The notes: a model not told the origin generated them from the sequence alone. Positions 22,318 to 33,090 are shown, numbered from the stretch's first letter. The stretch is 64,000 bases of DNA from Candidatus Latescibacterota bacterium (GCA_965223905.1 CBDCXV010000011.1:320001-384000); one strand, 5' to 3'. Program-made: numbers and translations.

Positions 22318-23013
22318 GTGACGCGCGACACTCCGAACCGTGGAGCCGCGGACTGCGGCTTGGTGGCTCGTCTGTCCGAAGACGCGCTCAAGGTGCAACG
22401 CTATTTTCCGACGCTCATTTTTTCTCTGGAAGTTCCGGGCAGCGAGATTCTGAACGCCCACCTGATCGAGGCGATCTACGCCGAACGAGAACGCGACAGA
22501 ACAGGGGTGCGCAAGTCGAACTTCCCGGAGCTGGGGAGTTGGCACAGCCACGTCAAGCTGCACAAGGACGTCACGTTTGCGGGATTGGTTGAATACGTCG
22601 ACGCGGCCTCGGCCATGATGTGCCGTGAGCTCGGATATCACAGGTCCTATCAACTGAGAATCGGCACCATGTGGTCGATCATCAATCCACCGGGTGGCGT
22701 GAACCGGGCTCATATCCATCCCGGCTGCATCTGGAGCGGCGTCTACTACGTCCAGGCACCCAGGAATTCGGGTGGAATCGAGTTCATCGATCCGCGCACC
22801 CAGAACCTGATGAGTCCCGTCGAATACATCCCCGACACCAAGCGCCCACGAATCTGCTGGACGAAGGTCCAATACAAACCCGTGGCCGGAAAAATGCTGG
22901 TCTTCCCGAGTTGGCTGTACCATAGCGTGGGTCCGAATCGATCCAGGGCCAAGGGGAAGGACGCCGATCGGATCATCGTGAGCTTCAACCTGTCTCAGGA
23001 AAGGCGCAGATAG
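22318..23013 (+). CDS. TIGR02466-type 2OG-Fe(II) oxygenase
   Basis: HIHPGCIWSGVYYV, FIDPR, VFPSWLYHSV, RIIVSFN. Confidence 0.85.
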   Translation: MTRDTPNRGAADCGLVARLSEDALKVQRYFPTLIFSLEVPGSEILNAHLIEAIYAERERDRTGVRKSNFPELGSWHSHVKLHKDVTFAGLVEYVDAASAMMCRELGYHRSYQLRIGTMWSIINPPGGVNRAHIHPGCIWSGVYYVQAPRNSGGIEFIDPRTQNLMSPVEYIPDTKRPRICWTKVQYKPVAGKMLVFPSWLYHSVGPNRSRAKGKDADRIIVSFNLSQERRR

Positions 23014-23155
23014 TCACGCACGGAAGCTGCGGTAAGGCGCCGGTACGTCGCTGCTATGGGATTTCGTAAACGGCTTCTATTATTGCGGGTTGTAGCACCA
23101 TCATAATCATATATTTTCTCTCGGAGTTGTCCTTCTTCCCCAAGAGGAGCCAGAA

Positions 23156-24376
23156 ATGAGACACCTAAGGCGATTTATTTCCCTCGTGAGCATAATGATC
23201 TTGATGACTTTGGGTCGGCCTTCCTCTCTTTTCGGGCAGAGTGTAAAAGACACGCCGTTGGGTGACCAGATCTCGCCCCTCCTTAGAAGCGAAGCTTCAG
23301 CATCAGTAGCTTCCAGTGACGACGACGACGACGAAGGCGACGAAGGCGACGAGGACGACGAGGACGACGAGGACGATGATGATGATGACGACGAGGACGA
23401 GGACGAGGGCGATGAGGGCGATGAGAACGACGGCGACGAGGGCGATGAGAACGACGAGGGCGATGAGGGCGACGAAAACGACGAGGGCGATGAGGGCGAT
23501 GAGGACGACGGCGACGAGGGCGACGAGAACGACGAGGGCGATGAGGGTGACGAGGACGACGGCGACGAGGGCGATGAGGGCGACGAAAACGACGAGGGCG
23601 ATGAGGGCGATGAGGACGACGGCGACGAGGGCGACGAGGGGGATGAGGGCGACGAGAACGACGAAGGGGATGAGGGCGACGAGGGGGATGAAGGCGACGA
23701 GGACGACGGCGACGAGGGGGATGAGGGCGATGAGGACGACGAGGGGGATGAGGGCGATGAGGACGATGAGGGCGATGAGGACGACGAGAACGACGGCGAC
23801 GAGGGCGACGAGGGCGATGAGGACGACGAGGGCGATGAGGACAACAACGGAAGCGGAGGGTCGTCAGAAGCAACCAGGACATTCGCGCCGCTTAGGGGGG
23901 ATTTCGATGACGATGGAAAAGTCAGTTTTTCCGACTTCTTCCTCCTTGCCGATGCTATGGGCAGCAGCGACCCAACCTTTGATCTCGATGGCAGCGGCCT
24001 AGTTGATTTCTCGGACTTCTTTCTGTTTGCCGACTCTTTCCCACCGTCGGCGCGGGCCAAGTTGCTGGATCTTGCGCGGGATTTGATCGAGCTGCCCGTT
24101 GGCGCCCAGTTGCACCAGAACGCACCCAATCCCTTCAACAGCGAGACGGTTCTTTCCTTCATCCTCCGGGAACCGGGCCCGGCGCGCCTGGAGATCCTCA
24201 CGGTAACCGGGCAACGGGTGAAGGTCTTGAGCCATGGTGATCAGGAGGCGGGTTACCACCGGATCTCCTGGGACGGCTTGGATGACGCAGGCCAACCGTT
24301 GGCAAGCGGCGTCTACCTGTACAGACTGGCGACGACCGAAGGCGTATTGACCCGCAAGCTGGTTCTGCTGCGCTGA
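23156..24376 (+). CDS. Secreted acidic-repeat protein with dockerin/EF-hand-like repeats and a C-terminal FlgD-Ig/T9SS-like domain
   Basis: Signal peptide; about 175 aa D/E/G/N tract; GDFDDDGKVSFSDF and DLDGSGLVDFSDF; LHQNAPNPFNSET..WDGLDDAGQPLASGVYLYRL..RKLVLLR. Confidence 0.85.
   Translation: MRHLRRFISLVSIMILMTLGRPSSLFGQSVKDTPLGDQISPLLRSEASASVASSDDDDDEGDEGDEDDEDDEDDDDDDDEDEDEGDEGDENDGDEGDENDEGDEGDENDEGDEGDEDDGDEGDENDEGDEGDEDDGDEGDEGDENDEGDEGDEDDGDEGDEGDEGDENDEGDEGDEGDEGDEDDGDEGDEGDEDDEGDEGDEDDEGDEDDENDGDEGDEGDEDDEGDEDNNGSGGSSEATRTFAPLRGDFDDDGKVSFSDFFLLADAMGSSDPTFDLDGSGLVDFSDFFLFADSFPPSARAKLLDLARDLIELPVGAQLHQNAPNPFNSETVLSFILREPGPARLEILTVTGQRVKVLSHGDQEAGYHRISWDGLDDAGQPLASGVYLYRLATTEGVLTRKLVLLR
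23318..23843 (+). repeat. Coding tandem repeat of 9-bp units (GAY GAG GGC / GAY GAG RAC) encoding DEG/DED/DEN
   Basis: Directly visible; frame is preserved and synonymous positions vary. Confidence 0.95.
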
Positions 24377-24392
24377 CCGGGCCGATCCCCGA

Positions 24393-25805
24393 ATGGCTTC
24401 GACCCCAAGAAGCCGCACGGAAATCGCCAGGGAGGTATTGACACGACAGGTCGATCCCGCCCCTGTCGTGTTCTTCAGAGTCCTCTTCGGCACGCTCATG
24501 GCCGTGGAGGTCATTCGATACTGGGTCCACGGCCGCATAGCGCGTTACTACATCGAGCCGACGTTCCTCTTTTCTTTCGTGGAATGGATCGAACCCGTCG
24601 GCGCAGGGATGTATCCGGTTTTCCTCCTCATGGGAGCTGCCGCGCTTTTCCTGGCGATAGGATTCCACTACCGGGCGGCGTCGATCCTGTACTTCGTTCT
24701 CTACACCTATGCGTTCCTTCTCGACAAGGCGCAGTACAACAATCACTACTACCTGATCTGTCTGCTGGCCTTTCTTTTCGCGGTGACGAATGCGGACCGG
24801 GGATTTTCAATCGACGCCGTGCGGCGCAGGCTTCCCTCCCAGGTTCCCGCCTGGCAGGTTTACCTGTTTCGCCTGCAAGTCTGCATCGTTTTTTTTCTAT
24901 GCCGGGGTGGCAAAGATCAACTCCGACTGGCTGTCGGGTGAACCGGTCAGAACGTGGCTGGCCGCAAGGTCGGACTATTTCCTGATTGGACCTCTCCTGT
25001 TGAAGGAGTGGTTCGTTTTTTTGTACGCCTACGCCGGGCTGTTGTTCGATCTGGGGATAGGGTTTGCGCTGCTATGGTCCCGGACCCGGGGGGCCGGCTT
25101 CGTGCTGCTCCTCGGGTTCAATGTCCTCAACAAGTGGTTCTACGACATCGGGATCTTCCCGTATCTGGCGATGGCGACGTTCGTCCTCTTCATGGACGGT
25201 ACCAGTATCAGGGGCCTGTTCAGTCGCTGGGTTCGCACGCGAGCCGTTGGCGGTGCTGTGGTGCGCGATCTGCTGGGGGAGCGGGTGGAAACGGGAGCAA
25301 ATCCCCGCAAACCAAAACCCTGGACGGAACTGCTCTCCAGGTTGGGCCCGGTCGGAATCGGAGCCAAGGCGGTTCTGATTTCCGGGTTCGTTTTCGTGCA
25401 GCTCCTTGCCCCGCTTCGCCATTTCGCCATTCCAGGCCATGTGGCCTGGACCGAAGAGGGCCATTTGTTTTCGTGGAGGATGAAGCTGCGGGACAAGCGC
25501 TCAGATGAGATTGTCTTCTATACCAGAGACCCGCAGAGTGGAGGAGTTATCGATTTACCGACGGATAAGCTGACCAAAGGCAGAAAAGAAAGATGTCCAC
25601 GCGGCCCCATATGATTGTTCAATACGCCAGACACCTTTCCGAGGGTCTCGGGAAAAGTGGCTTCGAGAACGCGCCCGTGTACGTCAGAACCTCGGTGTCC
25701 CTGAACAGCCGCGATCCCAAACCGCTGATCGACGAGAGAGCCGACCTTGCAAACGTGCAATTCCGGTCCTTTGTGCATAACGGCTGGATAACCACCCTCG
25801 AATAG
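24393..25805 (+). CDS. HTTM-domain vitamin K-dependent gamma-glutamyl carboxylase-like protein, two frameshifts (~24895 in a T8 run, ~25590)
   Basis: DPAPVVFFRVLFG, LLDKAQYNNHYYL, YAGVAKINSDWL, IGIFPY, WTEEGHLFSWRMKL, PHMIVQYARHL, VSLNSR..LIDERADL across three frames. Confidence 0.85.
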
Positions 25806-25945
25806 TTGCCGCGGCGAGGGGTTCAGTCCGAATCGGATTACCTGTGGGATACTGGACCTGCACGTCGAGGCGCGGCTTGAGGCTTACGGGACACCCCTTG
25901 GAAACCGGCTCCTGCCATCTTTGGTAACGCCCGGCCTTTTCGGTC

Positions 25946-26440
25946 TCAAATCGAAGCCTTCGGGGACACGCGGATGCCGGAGGCCACCATTTCGAATTTT
26001 AGGACCTCCGCAAGCCCGGGCGGCTGCGCGGAGGATTCCGCCTGATAGTGCTCCTCCGCGCCCTGGTCAGCCACCTGCAACAAGCCATGGACAGTGGCCA
26101 AACGCCCGCTGATCTCTTGCGGCACTGTATAGGCGTAACTCCCATCCTCATGGCGCGCTACGTGCACGCGCAATCCCGCTGCGGTATCCAAGGCGCGCAA
26201 CACGAGCCAGCAGCCGGCTTTTTGGCATACCTCATGGACGGTACCCGTAACGGTAACCGGCTGGTCCAGATACCTTTCGGGCTCAGCCAGGACAGCCTCT
26301 ACGGGCAAGGCTTCCTGCGGCATGTCGGCTGCGCCGAAGAGATCATCCTCCGATGTGTCCAGCCGTGCGCAAGCCGCGCAAACCAACAGGAGCACGAGGC
26401 TCGCCCAACGCATGGTTTGCATTGTGGCAGCGTGTTTCAT
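25946..26440 (-). CDS. DUF4920-like OB-fold lipoprotein
   Basis: Lipobox-like LVCAAC; VTVTGTVHEVCQKAGCWL. Confidence 0.7.
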   Translation of the reverse strand: MKHAATMQTMRWASLVLLLVCAACARLDTSEDDLFGAADMPQEALPVEAVLAEPERYLDQPVTVTGTVHEVCQKAGCWLVLRALDTAAGLRVHVARHEDGSYAYTVPQEISGRLATVHGLLQVADQGAEEHYQAESSAQPPGLAEVLKFEMVASGIRVSPKASI

Positions 26441-26499
26441 ATCAAAGCTGTCAAACATCCAAGGAACAAGTGGCGTCGAATGGCGTCGAAATTTGCGAT

Positions 26500-26791
26500 C
26501 CACTATCTGGTCAAAGCGTACAGGAGATCCAACGCCAAGTTCTCAGTGATTCCTATACACCTGCGGAGGTTCGTGATTTCTTGGCATTCTGAAAAGGAAA
26601 ACTTTCCCTCTTGCCCCCTGCCAATCGACGCTCAGACCAATCAGCATCCCAAGCGGTCCCGGGGCCGCCCTGTCGAGTATCCGATGCCCGAGGCCATAGA
26701 CGACACCCCGGAGAACGTCGCCAAGGCCATTATGCGGAAACCGCCGAAGAAGGAATGGCGGTATCTGAAGGAATCAGGGCGCAAGCGGTAG
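26500..26791 (+). pseudogene. Degenerate IS1595-type 3' remnant with small basic ORF
   Basis: LVKAYRRSNAKFSVIPIHLRRFV resembles LKRAYHGTYFRMSFKHLQRYV of the IS1595 transposase at 34 kb. It is followed by RGRPVEYPMPEAIDDTPENVAKAIMRKPPK. Confidence 0.4.
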
Positions 26792-27219
26792 CCCACGGCA
26801 GCCTCGCGGTGGGAAAGTTTGTATATGGTTCCCTTCGAAATTCGGCGTCAAATCAGGCGCCCATCGGACCGAGCTGCCTGTCTACATACAGCGGTCTCCA
26901 GCGTCCGACCTCAGCGCCCTCTTTGGACCGGCCCCTCGGGGAATCCCCCTGGGGCCGGTCCCGCACGTGTTGGCGTCGTGCAGGTTGAGCAAGTTCTCGG
27001 CGAGCACCTGTCGCTCGTCCGAGTGCTTGAAGGAGTGGAGCAGGTGGAAAAGGGCTTCCCAGTTCGAACAGAGTAGACAGAACATCGAAATTAGCAAAAC
27101 AGCCCGCACTCCCGCGCTGCCACCTATCCTATGACGAACGGATAAGGGCCCTGAGAGGGGCCCCCCCGCCCCCTTTCGCCCATGCAACCCATCCGGCACG
27201 GCACCTGGTGATTGAGTCA

Positions 27220-27633
27220 TCAGGCACGGTGGCGGTTCTTTTGTCCCCCTTCCCCAGCGGGCCGTCGTTCGTCCTGCCGTTTCCCCCTCTCCCTGGATAG
27301 CCTCCAGCGCGGTATTCCACGCAAAGACGCCATGATCTGCTGCTGCAGACGCTGGTGGTGCGGTTTGCCCACGGCCAGCTCTGCCAGCCTGATCCAGGGA
27401 GCGCGCTCCAGCACGTGGCTTTCGGCCCTCTCCAGATGTGTTCTCACCGCCTCCTCGGTTAAGTCGAGAAAGCGCGCGATCTCCTTGCACGAACTCCCCT
27501 CGATATGGAAGAGCACCAAGATCAGGCGGCTTTGCCGGGGAATCTCGTCCAGGAGTTTCCAGAGTTTCCCCGGAACCTCGACCCATTTCTCGGGATACTG
27601 ATCCTCCGACCTCAGCGCCCTCTTTGATAACAT
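27220..27633 (-). CDS. Sigma-70 region 4 (ECF-type) HTH protein or fragment
   Basis: LDEIPRQSRLILVLFHIEGSSCKEIARFLDLTEEAVRTHLERA; no region 2. Confidence 0.65.
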   Translation of the reverse strand: MLSKRALRSEDQYPEKWVEVPGKLWKLLDEIPRQSRLILVLFHIEGSSCKEIARFLDLTEEAVRTHLERAESHVLERAPWIRLAELAVGKPHHQRLQQQIMASLRGIPRWRLSRERGKRQDERRPAGEGGQKNRHRA

Positions 27634-27721
27634 TGGCTCGTCCCTTGCAAGGCTGTTCTTTTTTCGGTTTCACCTTTCTGACGGAAATGGAAAGCGAAGT
27701 ACTAGGTGATTGTGGAGAACG

Positions 27722-28050
27722 ATGAAAACCTCCCTGTCGGCATTATGGGTTTCCAACGTGGCCCTGATCTTTTGGGTTCTCGCCTCTCCGCTGTTCTCCG
27801 AGATCTGGATGGGCCTGGAAGTCGAGCCCGAAAACCGGTGTTCCCCCTACAACCGTGATCGGGACTACCGTTATTCTCAATCTCTGGAGCCGGCCATAGC
27901 CGCCCGAATGGGAGGCATCCGATGCCGGTACACCGGCAAGACCTACCGAAGCCTCCGGCAGACCGACATCGAGCACGTGGTCGCTGTGAGCGAGGCGCAT
28001 GACTCCGGTCTGTGCGCAGCGGATGCGGCCACCAAACGCAGATTCGCCAG
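27722..28050 (+). pseudogene. Truncated paralog of the secreted HNH protein at 19971
   Basis: [43 protein letters not shown], after which homology stops. Confidence 0.85.
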
Positions 28051-28174
28051 CCGTCGAGCTCAGCCCGCTGAATCTTGTCGGTTCCCCAATCGGTCCAGTA
28101 GATCTTGCCGCCCGCGACATCGATGGCCAGGCCGTAGGGCTCGTTGAGCCCGGAAGTGACCAGGTCTTCCACAA
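28051..28174 (-). pseudogene. YWTD / LDL-receptor class B repeat fragment
   Basis: [40 protein letters not shown]. Confidence 0.8.
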
Positions 28175-28185
28175 AAGTATATACG

Positions 28186-28250
28186 TAACATGTTGTTAAT
28201 TAGTCATCTATGAAAATAAATAAGGAGGGATTATTTCTGCCGTTATCACA
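28186..28250 (+). repeat. Third copy of the 65-bp element
   Basis: TAACATGTTG-N31-GGGATTAT-N7-GTTATCACA. Confidence 0.6.
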
Positions 28251-28889
28251 CGGGAGTTTTTCTTCTGTGCGACCCAGATGCGGGGATTTTACTGTTGAAT
28301 TGCGCTACGGCTCGTGCGGTTTTTGAGGGTTTCACCGCCTCCCAGTATGCAGATTACCAATCCTGCTGACCGACGGACTCCGGATTCACGAACAGTTTGA
28401 CGAGACTAAGGTTCTACGTCTTGGTCGGCCCTTACTTCTGGCTTCAACGGACCTGCGCCTACTGGATACTGGATGGCGGTCGATGAAGACGACGGCCTTT
28501 GTGGCAACTTCCCGCTATTGGATGTCGGCGCCACCTGGGGCACGGGCATCCGGGTCAAGATTCCCCGAGGCATAGCCTGACTGCATGGGGGCTGTTCATA
28601 CAACCACGCCAACGTGGTCATTGCGGACGTAAATCGTCCTCCAGGGGAAGTCCGTCGACCCGACGAGGACGGCATTTATCCGCTGAATGACCGCCGGATT
28701 TTCCTGGGTTGGGGCCTCCCTGACAGTCAAGCGATTCCGGCCCTCCGCCGGAATGTGGCCCCGTTCTGGTTTCACACCATCGGAGGCGACTGCGGTTATT
28801 TGAAGAAATTGGGCACTGCCTTCAGGCGGTTCAGTATGTGATTAAATACCGATCAAATCCCCGCCCGAGCAGCACATCGTTGATTGGTG

Positions 28890-29651
28890 TCAGGCCGTAG
28901 CAGCCCTATTGAGACCGACCAGAACTTCCTGATCGAGCCCGTGGCGGGTTATCTCAAGAGCCTTGCAGCCTTCCAGCTCCCTCACTGGAGGTGGTGCAAT
29001 CTCGAACGGGAAGAGATGAGGGCCTCGCAGCGCGCCAGACGGTGAGAGGGGTTTTTCGCCCTTGGCAGCGAGAACGGCCTTTACGGCCCAGATGATGAGG
29101 GGCATGTCATTGATAACCCGTTTGGAAGGTCCGCGATAAATCCCTTTGTCGACGGTCTCGACGAGTACTTCCCAGTCAACTAACGCCCGTACGATGCGCC
29201 TTGCAGCTCTCGATACGGTTTCGCGTTCACCCAGCTGTTCACGGACCCTGCGCTGCACTTGAGCCGCCGCAGCCGTCCCCTGCAAGTGAAGAAGTCGCCC
29301 GGTTGCTTCCGCAACGGTGCCGAAGAACGGGTAGACCGCCATGCACATACACCAATGCACTAACATTCGGTCACCCGCGGGTGGGCGTTGAAGGAGTTCG
29401 AGTCCTTCATCCCGGAGCCCTTGAAATTCGCTTGGAACCGTCACCCAAACCTTCGTCAGAATCGTGATGGCCTTTTCGCGGTTCCCTCGTTCCGAGTCGC
29501 TCCCCACCGACAGTCGGTCCCGCAGCCGTTCCCTCAGAGCAGCAACGATGTCGTCTCTCGAATTTCCAGCCAATGCGAGGTTCCCGGTGTACTCCAACCA
29601 ATCCAGTCGGATGCGCTGGCTGAAACCGATCATCTGTTCCTTGCGTTTCAT
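28890..29651 (-). CDS. brxA: BREX type 3 BrxA-like protein
   Basis: ATGA overlap with the pglZ 3' end; HWCMCMAVYPFF, LGERETVSRAARRIVRALVDW, LFPF. Position matches BREX-3 gene order. Confidence 0.65.
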   Translation of the reverse strand: MKRKEQMIGFSQRIRLDWLEYTGNLALAGNSRDDIVAALRERLRDRLSVGSDSERGNREKAITILTKVWVTVPSEFQGLRDEGLELLQRPPAGDRMLVHWCMCMAVYPFFGTVAEATGRLLHLQGTAAAAQVQRRVREQLGERETVSRAARRIVRALVDWEVLVETVDKGIYRGPSKRVINDMPLIIWAVKAVLAAKGEKPLSPSGALRGPHLFPFEIAPPPVRELEGCKALEITRHGLDQEVLVGLNRAATA

Positions 29652-30950
29652 TTGGCCAGCCGTTCGATCTGAACCATTGGGACGACGACTTCCTCGATGG
29701 AAATGCCGCCATGCCCTACTGTGCGTTCGCCTTCGCGAACGAAAGCTGATCGACCCGGTGCCAGCAGTGCCCAATAGTCCTCAGGAAGCCCAAGCGCAGG
29801 CCACTCGAGCGCGTGTGAGAATCGTTCCTTTACGCGAGATCGCAAGAGCTGGTCCGGGTAGACCCGTGCGCGTTTTCCTTGAAGATCGGCGACCGCACCC
29901 TCCGATGGCCGACCACGGCCTTCCGCCTCGATGTTTCCGTGGTCTGAGGTAAGGGCCACATCGAAGCCGTGATCAAATAGAACATCGAATAAACCTGCCA
30001 TGAATTGTTGATTCGCCCATTGATTAACTTGGTTGTGCATTCCCGCTGTGCCGAGCTCCCCCTCGGCGTCAATTGCCCGGCGCTTCTCGTTCCGGATGAC
30101 AAAGGGCTGGACCCGCTCGCGGGTGACAGACCCGACATCGGGAAAGGCGTCTTCGTCAAGGAAAGAAACCAGCCTGTGAAAGGCTTCGGTCTTGCCTTGG
30201 TGCGGCGTTGCCGAAAGCAGCAGCAGGTATGGCGCCGCCCCGGCGAGACCCTTGCCCAACTTGTACCTGGCGACCTGATCCGTACTGCCGGCGAGGCGGT
30301 GCGCCTCATCCACGATCACCAAGTCCCAGCCGGCGGCGATCAGGTCCTCGAACCGTTCCCGATTGTATTCGTCCAACCTCTGCCGTGACCAACCGCGACG
30401 GCCTTCCAAGGGCTTCACAGAGTCAAGCGGCGTCACTACTTGATCATAGACGCGCCAGATGTTGTCTTCCCTGGCGATCCGGCGATAGGCGGAAAAATCG
30501 CTCGGGACGAGCAGCCGAAACTCCTCGCCGAAGTGGGTCTGCATCTCTGCCACCCACTGCGTCACAAGTCCTTTCGGCGCGATTACCAGGGTGCGCCGCA
30601 CGAGACCGCGGAGCTTCAGCTCGCGCATGACGAGGCCCGCTTCGATGGTCTTGCCGAGCCCCACCTCGTCGGCCAACAGGTAGCGGACGCGGTCGTGCTC
30701 GATCGCATGACCGAGCGCCCTGATCTGATGGGGTAACGGGATGACGGATGCCTCGATCGGCGCCAGAAGCATGTCTTGGGACAAAGCGTCCGCCACCCTG
30801 CCCGCGGCAGCCACGTAGGAAACGGCCTCAGGCCCTTGGACGAGGGATTCGTCGGGCCGCTTCAGTTGCTCAGCGCGGACCCGGACGACGGCATCCTGGG
30901 CGGGAAGCCATACGCGACACGATGATCGGCTGGCCCCGGAACAGAAATAC
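29648..30950 (-). pseudogene. In-frame deletion fusion of a BrxHII-like SNF2 helicase N-half and the PglZ C-terminus
   Basis: PLPHQ, LLADEVGLGKT, DEAH, LSATPHQG, then after AIDAEGE (~30055) GMHNQV, LTSDHGN, HGGISIEEVVVP (PglZ). Confidence 0.8.
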
Positions 30951-31590
30951 GAGTTCGACCTGCGGGATACATCGTCCTGAAGGGCCACTACGACGAGGAG
31001 GCAGTGGCGGAGTTCCACGCCGGCATGGGCGTGAGCTTCAGGCGATCCCCATAGACTACGCGACCTACACCCGGCTCGGGGTCGCCACTATTTCCTGGCT
31101 CCGCCGATGTCCGACCCCTGAGCACCCGTTCTGGAAGGGGGAGCATCGGCCCGACCAGAGCCCCAACCCGGAGACCGGCGGCATCGGTCGGGTCGACCCC
31201 GCCCTGTGCGGAACCGCCCGGTTCGACCTAAAATGGAAACTTGATTCTCTCGTAAAAACCCTACGTCGCTCAGAATGCCCGGTTTGTCATACAACATATA
31301 GTGCATGCGTTGTCTTCGTTGGCCAATATATAGTGGCGCTCTAATGTGCTGAATCGCTGAACATCCTCAAAATGGGGTTTATACGAAGGAGTCAAACTTG
31401 ATGAAGCGGAAAAAACGGGGCCCGGCTCGGAAATCTTCCTGAAATCAATGGGCGCTCCGAAGAACTGACGCGGTCCCTGTTGCCCGGGCGGAGGCCCCGT
31501 ACCTCCTTCGCCGGATACACAACCAACCCAACCCGAGGGAAGGGAACAGAATTGCTTCACCACCTCATGGCAAGCCCGGAATTACCGGAA

Positions 31591-32577
31591 CGGAACGTGT
31601 CATGGGAATGAGACACTTCGCGAAAAAGTTTACTGTCCTATTCGTGCGCATTCGATGGTGGTCGGAGGTGGGTTGATCCACACTTCGGCCGGTATTTTCG
31701 GCGCCTTAGGAGGACCCTTTACAAAGCGCTCGGGATGTCGTGTGTAGGCATCCTCGAGGATGCGTTGCCGCGCTGACTGGAGCTCCTCGGCGCGCCCCTG
31801 ATGTACTGCCTCCGGGGTCAGCAGGCCCAGTCCACTATGACGATGCTGGGTGTTGTACCACAGAAAGAACGAACGCAAATAGGTCCGCGCCTGCTCCGGG
31901 TCGGCAAAGCGGCCCGGGTACGTCGGTGCGTATTTCACCGTCTTGAACTGGCTTTCCGAATAGGGGTTGTCGTCGGCGGTTCGCGGGCGGCTGTAGCTGG
32001 CCAGGATCTCGAGATCGACCAGCAGCTGCGAGAAGGTCTTGGCCGTCATCGGGGCGCCCCTATCCTGGTGCAGGGTCAGCTGGCCCGGCTCGATGTCCTG
32101 CTTGTGGCAGGCGGCCCGGATCAGGCGTTGGGCGCGGCCGGCGCTTTCCCGGGTGGCCACCATCCAGGCGACGACGTAGCGGGAGAACAGATCGAGCACC
32201 ACGTAGAGCGGGTACGTCTCCCATCGGCGCGGCCCCGCCAGGCGGGTGATGTCCCATGTCCAGACTTGGTTGGGGGCCGTAGCCACCAGCCGCGGCGGTT
32301 CGGCCCGAGGGTGGCGGCGCTGGCGGCGGCGTTCCCGCACCTCGCCGGCGCCGTGCAGCAGACGATACATCGTGCGTTGGGAGCACAGGTAGCGTCCTTC
32401 CTCCAGCAGGCTCGCGTACACGGCGGCAGGGGCTTGGTCGACGAAACGGTCCTCGTGCAGGGTGGCCAGCACGTGGGCGCGCTCCGCCGGCGACAGGGCG
32501 CGAGGCGAGCGCCGCGGCGCCGCGTCCCGGCGCGGCAGCGGAGGCTTTCGGTGCCGATAGACCGCCTGCTGGCGCAC
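31591..32577 (-). mobile_element. IS3-family transposase OrfB (DDE) with right end
   Basis: PNQVWTWDIT, LDLFSRYVVAW, LHQDRG, DNPYSESQFKT, HSGLGLLTP; end motif TGACACGTTCCG at 31602-31591. Confidence 0.9.
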
Positions 32578-33089
32578 ACGCGGAGCATGGTTTCTGACAG
32601 GTCGATCCCGCAGTAGTTCTGTGGCCTGAGGTCCGGATTGTTCCTGAGCAGCCAGCCGGTGCCGCAGCCTACATCGAGGATGCGCTGGCCGGTCAGATCG
32701 CCCAACAGGGCCCGGAGGGGCTCGCCTCCGTGGTCATTGGCCATCGCCTGATCGTACTGGTGGGCCACTTCGTCGTAGGGCGTCTCGTAGTGCATCCGGG
32801 CGCGGTTCAGGATGGTCGTATCCTTCGGCTTCCAGCCCATCGTCCAGTAGTAGTGCCCGTTGACCGTCAGGCTTTTGTAGTACTGCCGATTCCCGTACCG
32901 ACGCCGGTAGCCGTAGGTCTGCACGGCCGTGACGACCTCCTCGAACTCGGCTTCCGGCCAGTTCACCCTGACGGTGTACCAGTGAGGTTTCTCCGGCATG
33001 GTCTTGGCAAACCGGAAAGAGGCCGCCCCTACCAGCTCGGCCACCCGGAACAGGCGCTCGTGCCCTATGGCATGATCGTTGTCGAACAT
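32578..33089 (-). pseudogene. Class I SAM methyltransferase with an uncharacterised N-terminal domain, truncated at IS3
   Basis: FAKTMPEKPHWY..YWTMG..LNR then ILDVGCGTG, GIDLSETML. Confidence 0.7.
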
Positions 33090-33090
33090 C

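Noticed and set aside
23107-24201. Ser/Pro-, Arg/His- and Thr/Arg-rich ORFs
   Set aside because: They are alternative frames of the acidic repeat; only the + frame from 23156 has a signal peptide and domains.
28400-28841. Protein-like frame with an internal stop (..GYWMAVDEDDG..)
   Set aside because: Probably a gene fragment, but no family was recognised.
31280-31340. ATATAGTG motifs resembling the IS1595 inverted repeat
   Set aside because: Too short and no adjacent transposase.
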